A stretch of 55,381 nt of DNA, from NCBI GenBank assembly GCA_049999805.1, contig JBNGIO010006379.1, positions 610,165 through 665,545 of the forward strand, read 5' to 3'. Numbering within the stretch: position 1 is the first letter of the stretch; each line of letters begins with the position of its first letter. Below, in pieces: positions 42,426 through 51,727 of the stretch. A program made the position numbers and the translations under genes. The stretch is from Folioceros fuciformis. Taxonomy: Eukaryota. Under the pieces are notes generated by a model that ran no database searches, was not told where the DNA came from, and saw nothing but the letters and a program-made list of their open reading frames with translations.

Positions 42426-45404
42426 ATGAGCGTGCTCGATAAGGTGCTTGCTGTTGTGGACATGGGGCTCGATCGGCGCGCTTCCGAATCCACCTGGAGC
42501 TTCACGGATGGCGCTGATCCTGAAGGGGGTGTAACTGCTAGTACCGTTAGCAAGCTATGTCATGAGGGGTATCACACTGAAGCTGCCGAGGCTCTGGGAG
42601 TTTTGGTGCAGATACGTGGTTGTTTTCCCAAGTCTCTCTTGTATACTGTCCTCAAGAGTTGTGTTGTCAAAAAGGATCTTGTCGTGGGTCGCCGCGTCCA
42701 TGCATTGACGGTGAGAATGGGGTATGAATCGGACACGTTCCTGTGCAACCACATATTGCGAATGTATGCTTCTGACGGGAGGTTGCAAGACGCGATGGAT
42801 GTGTTCACCGCTGTTTCCCAACCAGATGCCTTCATGTGGTCTTCCATTATTTCTGCGTATGTTAAACATGGACAAGACAAGCAGGCCATACAGCTGTATC
42901 AGCAGATGCGCAGGTCAAGTGTGAAGCCAGATGGTCATGTATTTGTAGCAGCTCTTCAGGCGTGTGGCAGAGGAGCAGATTTGAAAACTGGGCAGGAGGT
43001 ACATGCTGATGTGTTGGCTAGTGGGGTTGAGCCTGATTTGTTCGTTTGTAACTCCTTGGTGGACATGTATGCAACGTGTAGGCGCTTGGAACACGCTGAA
43101 AGAGTGTTCAACGGGCTAGGCCGAAAAGATGTGGTGACATGGAATGCCATGATAGGAGGGTACGCCCAACAAGGCATGGGGCAGGAAGCCCTTGGTCTCT
43201 ACAGTGCTATGCAAGAAGATGGCGTGGCTGTACCCGATTCCGTGACATTCGTGTGCGTTTTGCAGGCATGTGCGAGTTTGGGCACCCCGGCTTTGGAGAA
43301 TGGGAAGCTGCTTCACGCACAGATTCGAGACAGGGGATTTCAATCTGATGTGTTTGTGGCCAACAGTTTGGTCAACATGTATGCAAAATGTGGCGATCTC
43401 CAGGTTGCTCAGAGAGTGTTTGACGGACTTGTCAAGAAAGATGTGGTGACTTGGAATGCCATGATAGCTGGATATTCCCAGCAAGGCATGGGTCAGCAAG
43501 CCCTTTGTCTTTACAGTGCGATGCAACAAGAAGGTATCGCTATACCCAATTCAGTGACATTCGTGTGCCTCCTGCAAGCCTGTGCTAGTGTTGGAAGTGT
43601 GGCGTTGGAGAAGGGGAAGCACCTTCATACACAAATCAAGGAACGAGGATTTATGTCTGATTTGTTCGTAGCTGACAGTTTGGTAAATATGTATGCAAAG
43701 TGTGGCAGCTTAGAAGACGCTCAAAGGGTGTTTGACAGTTCTGGTCAAAAAGATGTGGTGATGTGGAATGCAATGATTGCACGGTATTCCCAGCAGGGCA
43801 TGGGGCGGGAAGCCCTTCTTCTTCACAGTGCTATGCAAAAAGATGGCATGACTGTGCCTGATTCTGTGACATTCGTATGCCTCCTGCAGGCTTGTGCAAG
43901 TTTGGGCAGCCTGGCGTTGGAGGAGGGGAAGCAGCTTCACACACAAATTGCAGAACGCGGACTCCAAGCTGATGTGCTTGTCGGCAACAGTTTGGTCAAC
44001 ATGTATGCAAAGTGCGGCAGCGTAGAAGACGCTCAAAAGGTGTTTGATGGACTTAGGCAAAAAGACGTGGTGACGTGGACTGCAATGATTGCAGCATATT
44101 CCCAGCAGGGTATGGGACAGGAAGCCCTGAATCTCTACAGCGTTATGCAGGATGATAACGTTGCTGTACCGAACTCTGTGACATTCGTGTGCCTCTTGCA
44201 GGCATGTGCAAGTGTGGGCATCCCTGCTCTGGAGAAGGGGAAGGAGCTCCACATGCAGATTAGGGGACTAGGAGATGAAACTGACGTCGTCGTAGCAACC
44301 GGTCTGGTGAACATGTATGCAAAGTGCGGCAGCTTGGAGGATGCTCAGGGCGTTTTTGATGAGCTTGGTCAAAAAGATGTGGTGGCATGGAACGCCATGA
44401 TAGCAGGGTACTCGCAGCAGGGCATGGGCCAGGAGGCCCTCGGACTTTACAGGGCTATGCAAGATGAAGGCACTGCTGTACCAAATTCCGCAACGTTTGT
44501 ATGCTTACTGCAAGCATGTGCAAATATGGCAGCTTTGCACCTGGGAAGGCATCTACATGCTCAGATTGAACAACAAGGACTTCATGCTGATGTGTTGGTA
44601 GCCCGCAGTCTGATGAACATGTATGGAAAGTCTGGGAGCATGATCGATGCACAGCTGGTGTTTGATGCCTTGGCTGAAAAAGACGCCATCACCTGGAGTA
44701 TCCTGATTGCAGGCTACACCAGCCAAGGAGATAGTGATGTGGTCTTTGACCTGCTCCAGAGAATGCGAGAGGACGGCATACAGCCAGTGGGCATCACATT
44801 CCTTAGCATACTAACAGCATGCAGTCATGCTGGTCTAGTGAACAAGGGAAGAGCCTACTTTGATGCTATGAGCATACGCTACGCCATCACTCCCACTGTA
44901 GACCACTACGCGTGCATGGTGGATCTCCTGGGCCGTGCAGGCCGATTGGACGAGGCACTCGCTTTGATAGGCACAATGCCTGTACTGCCTGATGTTGCAA
45001 TTTGGCACACTCTTCTCGGTGCTTGTCGAAAGTGGAACAATGTGGAGGTGGGATGGCAGGCTTTCGGTGAAGCAGTGAAGCTAGACAGGGACGATGCTGC
45101 AGCATATATGTTGATGTGGAATATATGTACCGATGCTCAGCTGTGGGAGCAAGCCCAGGAGATGCAGGCAAGGAGAATAAGAATCAGGGCATGGAAGCAG
45201 CCGGGTCAGAGTTGGTGGACGGATATGGACGGACGGGTGCACAGTTTTATGGTTGGGGATCATAAGCATTTCAAGAGTGAAACTAAGTTGAACCCTGTAT
45301 TTTCCAAAATGAAGAAAGAAGCTGGAAGCAGGCACAGAGTGCCGGAGCTAATTCCAATTGCAAGACATTGCACTTTCCCATTAAAATATCTCTCTCACGC
45401 CTAA
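42426..45404 (+). CDS. PLS-class PPR protein (~23 motifs), E1/E2 plus WW-type PG box with a decayed DYW start (PPR3)
   Basis: Same P/L/S motifs as PPR1 and PPR2; ends KQPGQSWWTDMDGRVHSFMVGDHKHFKSETKL...KMKKEAG. No HxE/CxxC. Confidence 0.93.
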   Translation: MSVLDKVLAVVDMGLDRRASESTWSFTDGADPEGGVTASTVSKLCHEGYHTEAAEALGVLVQIRGCFPKSLLYTVLKSCVVKKDLVVGRRVHALTVRMGYESDTFLCNHILRMYASDGRLQDAMDVFTAVSQPDAFMWSSIISAYVKHGQDKQAIQLYQQMRRSSVKPDGHVFVAALQACGRGADLKTGQEVHADVLASGVEPDLFVCNSLVDMYATCRRLEHAERVFNGLGRKDVVTWNAMIGGYAQQGMGQEALGLYSAMQEDGVAVPDSVTFVCVLQACASLGTPALENGKLLHAQIRDRGFQSDVFVANSLVNMYAKCGDLQVAQRVFDGLVKKDVVTWNAMIAGYSQQGMGQQALCLYSAMQQEGIAIPNSVTFVCLLQACASVGSVALEKGKHLHTQIKERGFMSDLFVADSLVNMYAKCGSLEDAQRVFDSSGQKDVVMWNAMIARYSQQGMGREALLLHSAMQKDGMTVPDSVTFVCLLQACASLGSLALEEGKQLHTQIAERGLQADVLVGNSLVNMYAKCGSVEDAQKVFDGLRQKDVVTWTAMIAAYSQQGMGQEALNLYSVMQDDNVAVPNSVTFVCLLQACASVGIPALEKGKELHMQIRGLGDETDVVVATGLVNMYAKCGSLEDAQGVFDELGQKDVVAWNAMIAGYSQQGMGQEALGLYRAMQDEGTAVPNSATFVCLLQACANMAALHLGRHLHAQIEQQGLHADVLVARSLMNMYGKSGSMIDAQLVFDALAEKDAITWSILIAGYTSQGDSDVVFDLLQRMREDGIQPVGITFLSILTACSHAGLVNKGRAYFDAMSIRYAITPTVDHYACMVDLLGRAGRLDEALALIGTMPVLPDVAIWHTLLGACRKWNNVEVGWQAFGEAVKLDRDDAAAYMLMWNICTDAQLWEQAQEMQARRIRIRAWKQPGQSWWTDMDGRVHSFMVGDHKHFKSETKLNPVFSKMKKEAGSRHRVPELIPIARHCTFPLKYLSHA

Positions 45405-46005
45405 ATCCTAAATCCTGCTGAAACAAGCAAGTCTTGTACAGTTGTCCATGAGAACTGCGTTCCTTTTGTCTTTCAGGACGAAACGTACAGAACCCTGGGC
45501 CTTGTCGTAGATATCGACACTTGCCTTTGTCCTTCATCACCTGGCCTTTTCAACAAAATGAAGACGGGTCGGTAGCAGAAAAGAATATCGAGGACAAAAG
45601 ATTTTTCATCAGCATCATTCTTTTTTATGTATTCATGTAGAGAGCCCGAGTTTTACAGAATAGGAACAAGTGGACAAAAGGCTGAGGGCAAAATAAGAAC
45701 AAGAGAGCAAACGGAAGGCTTTGAGGCAAAGCAATGCACATGAAAGGGGCATCTCAACCCCTACTAGCACGAATGAGTTGCATGCCTCACAAAGCAATTA
45801 TTCATCTTACAGACGTTCCATTCCATAAGGTACTGAAATTGTGATGGTTACCAAGCTTGAAGCTTGATGTGTTATGGGCAAGAAGCCTAGATTTTGAGTT
45901 GCTACATATGGTATAGAGAATTTGAAGGTAATTGTCTTGGTCTGCCCAAATGCCCATTTGCAATATCCTCCAAGTGATATACATATGCTTCTAGATATTC
46001 TTCTT

Positions 46006-47375
46006 AGCATGTATAATTAAATCGATAAACTCCACAAGAAGATAGGAATTAAAGTTTAGGGTTGTTAGCATGTATAATAGATTAAATAGATAAACTCAAT
46101 AGAGTAGTAATTTATTTATTTGAGAAGAACAAGATGATGGAGAAACTCATCTACCCCTAGAGAGGGAGACATGGTATACTTGGAGCTAACTCCCCGAGGT
46201 CTAATGACTACCAATAGCACCTCAAACATCATGGTCTAGGAGGAGAAAGGGTCTACTTACCACCATTAGGGTTGCTCACGCTGCTACTCCAAAAACAAGG
46301 TAGGAATTAAAACATCATGGTCTAAGAGGAGAAAGGGTCCACTTACCACAGGGGTTGCTAACGCAGCCACTCCAAAAACAAGGTAGGAATTAAAGTTTAC
46401 ACTGCAATTCTTTTGATGAGAAGTTGGTAGATCAATATAAAGTACTCACTACTCATGCCCTTTCAACATAACCTTCCTCTACTTTGTTTGAGATGATATG
46501 TGAAAATTGCTTGAAGCCTTTTAATACAACCTTCTTATTCTTTCTTGAGATGATGTTGTATAATTTCCACACCATGTTATTCAAGCATGCAAGTATAGTA
46601 AAACCCAACAACTAAACCCACATTTTGCTACAAATTTCATGCAAGACTTGCAGAACAAGCATAAGCTTTTATTTGACCTCATTTTTTTATGGAGGACCAA
46701 CAAAACAAAGTAGCAAAACCCTAAACCTTAAACCTAAACCCTTCTTTCCAAATATGAACAAAGATTTGACTTCATATGAAGGACAATGACCTTGATAGAT
46801 CCATTGAAGATGACATTGAGAGTCTTCATACTTAAATCATAATCAATATTATCCTTTTAACCTCCTCTTGAAGATGATTCATAATCAATGTTGAACATTA
46901 AGATTGTCCTTTTAATCTTCTCCTTAAGATGAGTCATAATCAATGTTGAACATTAAGATTATCATATTAGCCTTCTCTTGAAGATGAGTTCTTTCTCAGA
47001 AGAGTGACTATTGCTATTCTTAGTTACTAGTGCTATTCTTAGCAACTATGGTCACTCATGTTTGGTTGGTACACTGGAGGAGTTAACCATAGCTATTGTG
47101 GCACTATTGCATCTTATACTTACCACTAGCTAAAAGATGGACGATGGATAGACCTCAACTCATAAGTGACCAAGGACGATGAGGTCGAGGACTCAACTCA
47201 TAGGTGACCAAGGGTGGCGAGGTCCGGAGACCTCAACTCATAGGTGACCAAGGGTAGGGCAGCAAGGTCCATAGTAGGTGACCAATATACTAGTTTTTCC
47301 AAAGTGGCGAACTTCCAAGAAGTACAAATGACATAAGAAACATGGGTGGTAGCCTTCTAAGTGGTAGCCTTCTAA
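46006..47375. repeat. AT-rich block of short direct/tandem duplications, probable mobile-element remnant
   Basis: An ~85-bp direct repeat at ~46225 and ~46310; tcataatcaat repeats at 46837-46960; a telomere-like tract aaaccctaaaccttaaacctaaaccc at ~46717-46742; ctcaactcata.gtgaccaagg x3 at 47150-47253; gtggtagccttctaa x2 at 47346-47375. Confidence 0.6.
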
Positions 47376-47383
47376 GATACGCT

Positions 47384-48786
47384 TCATTGCAAGTTGTATG
47401 AGACTTTAGTTACTCCTTTCTTCACTCGAATGCTAGTGACCTGCAAAGACAATTAGACTAGCATAACCTCCGAACCACATCAATACAATCTTAGTGAAGT
47501 TTATGTTCCCTTCAGAACAAATATGTACCTTTATAGGTCCGATTTGGGAGATATCTGCTACATGAGTTCCTCCACAAGGGCAGCCAGCGAGGTCACCCAA
47601 AAAGACAACGCGAGGGGTACTCTCCTAACACACAAAAATTATGTGATAAAATTAACATTTGTTCAGTGCACAGTTTGGAAAACACATGACCAAGATATGT
47701 GATAAAGGGGCACCTTTGGTATGTAATCAGGTAGCTTTCCTCCGCATAGAATGGCTGCTTTGTCATAGGGCACCATGACAACACGTACCTACAACACAAT
47801 TCCGAGGTCTTTGTTAAACTTGACATGAAAACTTCACACTGTCACTAAGGGCAAGTCTGCCAAGGGCTACAGGTTTTTAGAGAACCTACTTTGCCCCCTG
47901 CTGCCACAAGTTTGTTTGCATCCGCCTCTAGCGCGGCACGTTTTCTGTCTACCTCGTTGAGCTGTATACAACCTTTGTACTCCACAAAAGGACTGAATCA
48001 TGAACAAGAACAGTCCGTCCGAGGATTAGTTATATCGGGGACAAAATGTAGAAATGCATCACATCAGAAAATATCCATGATGAGGGAACTACCCGTCAGG
48101 AAAGTGATGGCCCTTTGTTGGCTCCAACTCAAGGAATCCCACGTTTTGCATGCAAGCATCTAACAGATGCCCGGCTGAATGGAGTCTGAAATCAAAGCCA
48201 GAACAAGGAGAAGCTGTGGATAAAAGAACAAACCAAGTTATGCAGCGTGGTGGCGAAGGTCCATCGAGGTGACCTGCAATTTAGCTCTCGTCGAGGTCTG
48301 TCAACAGACACGGTTACTTCCTGACCTTGCTGAAAGGCATTCTCATTCTGGTTCGCTTGAAAGATCCCATAGTGATGGACCTGACGAATGAAAGTTCAGG
48401 CTTTGGAGTGCCCACACTTGCAGCAAAAGGCTGTAGATGTACTCCAATGACCGAGAGCACTTACTATGCCACTCTTCAGCCTCACATCGTTCACCAGAAA
48501 TTGAACTTGTCCATCAAGAGAAGAGATGAACCCCGTGTCAGCCGGTTGACCTCCTCCCTGTGGGTAGAGGATCGTTTGATCTAGCACAACACTAATGCGA
48601 TCTTCATCCTGTAGGTGCATACATTCAAGCCACAACTTTAGCCTCCCACGGTCAGTTACAGGTGCAAGTCAGTTGACACTGTGATGCGTCCATTACTTGA
48701 GATACTTTCAAGACTGTGGCCTTGGCCTGAAGTGCCGACATGTCCTCAAAGTAGGTCAGTTTTGTTGCAGGGAGTGCCAGAACCAT
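47384..48786 (-). CDS. AlaX: Free-standing alanyl-tRNA editing protein (AlaX), 8 coding exons; may have additional 5' exons
   Basis: TKLTYFEDM, VVLDQTILYPQGGGQPADTG, RLHSAGHLLD (HxxxH), KGHHFPDGPFVEY, GCPCGGTHV (CxxxH), IRVKKGVTKVSY. All introns are GT-AG. Confidence 0.9.
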
Positions 48787-49431
48787 GGTGCTTAGCTACA
48801 GAAGCACAATGCACTCGCCTGCAGTCGGATGACCCTAGTTTCAGCAATGACAACTCGCTTCTGAAAGATCCCCTGAAAATGGTGATCTGAAATTTGTCAG
48901 GGCATGCGTGGACCAACTTCCCAGCCAACGCTGTTAATGAGTGACAACAGTACCGCTCGATATGCCATCGACAACCAAGCTGAGGCAATGCCCGCATTTT
49001 TCACCATAAGGACGGATAACCTACCGACGACTGGTTCGCGGAAAGAGACGAGAACTGCTGCGGAAAATGCACGCCTCCTCATCTGCAAGGAGCGCACATC
49101 GTAGATACATGAATTTGAGAGTTCCAGCTACGCGTGCTCAGGACATCGGTAAAGCACGCTTCCACCTAAACCAAGTGTGACGACCGAGAAACCGTTCGAA
49201 ATTCAGAGCGTCACCATCTTGGCAGGGGTGGAGCGCATTTTGCTAGTCGTAGCATCGTCAGTGAGAGCAGGCGTTCATAAGTCTACTTGGCCGAGCTCAG
49301 CGCTTTGTAGTGAAGCAGGAGTGCACATGGATGTTGTTGGACAAGGTTGAATGGCCCCGTTCAAATCCCTCTCCTCCAAGTCGCCGATATCGCTATGCTG
49401 TTTCAAGTGCTTGCCAACAAAGGCTCGGATT

Positions 49432-49608
49432 ATGGGAGCAGGAGGGAAAGACTATTTTCTGGCAACTATGCTTCTGATTTTCGCCAGTATTTTCTTGTTT
49501 CTAGTCAGCAAGGTCCACGATGATCCCCCTCCCGCCACCAACAAGTTCAAAGGTCTGAATCCCAATGTGCCTGGTGCTGCATCCGCAAGGGGAATTTCTG
49601 CAAAATGA
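49432..49608 (+). CDS. Possible 58-aa single-pass membrane microprotein (85 aa if ATG 49351 is used)
   Basis: MGAGGKDYFLATMLLIFASIFLFLVSKVHDDPPPATNKF...; one clean hydrophobic helix; head-to-head with AlaX. Confidence 0.3.
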   Translation: MGAGGKDYFLATMLLIFASIFLFLVSKVHDDPPPATNKFKGLNPNVPGAASARGISAK

Positions 49609-50633
49609 AGTTTGTGAAGCAGGAAGGGGGAGGGACTGTGGCAATGCGATGTGGTCTTAAAATTGCCTTGGAAATTGCACACAGCAGCTTCCTGGACTGC
49701 AAGTGTGAAAACCGGACGCATCTGCATCGTCACCGCTGGGCCTCGCATCTGAAGGTCTCTGATTATCTCGTTTCCAGTCTTCATAGTTATGAGGCTCTCT
49801 ACTAGCTATGCGCCTGCAGAGGAACATCCGCATGGACGGCACTAGGGGCGGCGGCCGGGTGGAAGACATGACGAGCCAGGGCGTGGAAGGATGTCAGATT
49901 CTTCTGCCGCAAATTCGACCGCAGATTCTTCTGCTTCGAAGGTCAGGAGCTCTTGCGATCCATCGCATAGCTCTTCTTAAGGTCCAACAACTACGTCATC
50001 CCAGGGCTTCATTTCCTTCCATCCTGGGGGCCAGAGCTGGAAAGACTCCACCCGCAACGCGAAACTGCTGTCCACCATTTCAGCCACTACCTGTTTCATC
50101 CTTCCGACGAGGTGTGGGGCCTGATTTCCCGATTCAAACAGCAGTACTTGTGGCAGCAGAACTCCAGGTGAGCATCATCGACAGACCGCATCTTTCGCCG
50201 CTCTGGTAGGATGCCAAGCTACGGTACGCTGCACCACAGCTCCTTGCATGCATTTTCAGCAACAGCATGGTTCCCAACATTACGCTCAATGACATGCCAA
50301 CGGACTCCCGGACTGGCCGAGGCCGCGAGTGCGGAGCATCTAGATTGTCCTGGTGACGTCACTTTAGCCAGCCTGCCACGACCAGCTCCGGGACATTTTC
50401 CTCGGCAATCCCACGAGGAAGTAGCCCGATTGTGAGCGTCCCCTACCCAAAAGTATTCCTTCCGTTGGACATTCTGAGGACGTTCCGTGGGGCATCAAAC
50501 CCTTCGACTGAGGGATTGAAAGGGGCCGGCAGTGAAGTAAATTCAAATTCGGTGATTACGGCTCGCCATCTAGGCCGAGTGGCGCCTGTTAGTATCAGAT
50601 CGGATATCGATAATCTCTGTTCTAAAATAAACA

Positions 50634-50699
50634 CTTGTTACAGGGTAGATGGAAATTCCATCTACCCTATAACGAAATTTCCATCTACCCTGTAACAAG
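50634..50699. repeat. Perfect 24-bp inverted repeat with an extra internal copy of the 3' arm
   Basis: cttgttacagggtagatggaaatt (50634-50657) is the reverse complement of aatttccatctaccctgtaacaag (50676-50699). The internal ttccatctaccctataac is a second partner for the 5' arm. Confidence 0.92.
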
Positions 50700-50815
50700 A
50701 TAAACAACCCACAACGGGGAAAAAGCCAAGAATGGGGCCTAACCCCCTTTGCCTAAACCCTAACTCCCTATCGTCCCTGACATGTCGCATTGAGGTGTAA
50801 GATACGGCCTACTTA

Positions 50816-51073
50816 CCACATGGCCGTTGAAGCTGCTGCATATTTCATGCTCCACCATGGCCGTTGAAGCCGCATATTTCATGCTCCACCATGGCCGCTG
50901 AAGCCGCATACTCCGCGCTCCACCATCGCTGCTGAAGCCGCATACTCCATGCTCCATCATGGCCGCTGAAGCCGCATACCTCGCGCTCCACCATCGCTGC
51001 TGAAGCCGCATACTCCATGCTCCATCATGGCTGCTGAAGCCGCATATTCCATGCTCCATCATGGTCGCTGAAA
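50816..51073. repeat. 34-bp minisatellite, ~7.5 copies
   Basis: tgaa(gc) starts at 50828, 50865, 50899, 50933, 50967, 51001, 51035 and 51069. Consensus tgaagccgcatactccatgctccatcatggccgc. Confidence 0.93.
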
Positions 51074-51322
51074 AATCGCGTTTGCCACCACGCCGGATAG
51101 AGAAGCCTCATACCACTTCTACTAACATGATGGGCCTTCATGTATGTCTTCAAATACCTTAAAAAATCCTTACCATGGCCCCATCCATTTCAATAGTAAG
51201 GGGATGAACAAGTGACCTTGCTGCATGGGCCCGTACTTGCAAATCTTCCTTATCACACTTCCTTCTGCCATCCAATCGGCCATCCAATCGGCAGGTCGAT
51301 AACGACGTGCTCGTTGATGGTT

Positions 51323-51395
51323 GAAGAGACTGTCACCACCACACCGCTATGGAAACGTGAAGAGACTGTCACCACCACACCGCTATGGAAACGTG
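51323..51395. repeat. 36-bp perfect tandem duplication
   Basis: tgaagagactgtcaccaccacaccgctatggaaacg occurs twice. Confidence 0.9.
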
Positions 51396-51727
51396 GTCCC
51401 CGGTCCCCTGATCAGGAACCTCGGATTTATGTAGGATGATTGATGAACATAAGATGCATCATGTGCAAACCCAAGGGGTCTCATTTTGATAATGACCATG
51501 ATACTAATAATAATAATAACATCTCATGGGACCTTAGATATTATAATATTTATATTTATACCTTATTTAAAAGTATTTATAAATTTTGAATATTATAATT
51601 ATCAACAAGAAAACCTCACTAGATGTAAGTCTAGTTAATGAGAGCAAAAGTATATTTTCTATGGATCAAATCCTTCTTCCCTTTTCTTGATTTCAACTTA
51701 ATTTTCTAAGTGAACTCTGTCTTGTGT

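Noticed and set aside
24693-45404. U-to-C (DYW:KP-type) editing factors
   Set aside because: The PG box is PGQSWWTD (WW type), not the KPAxA type, and no catalytic domain is present.
49808-50695. Several 60-130 aa ORFs after the microprotein candidate
   Set aside because: No recognisable motifs or consistent exon chain.
50816-51073. CRISPR-like array
   Set aside because: Units are contiguous with no unique spacers, there are no cas genes, and the context is eukaryotic. It is a minisatellite.
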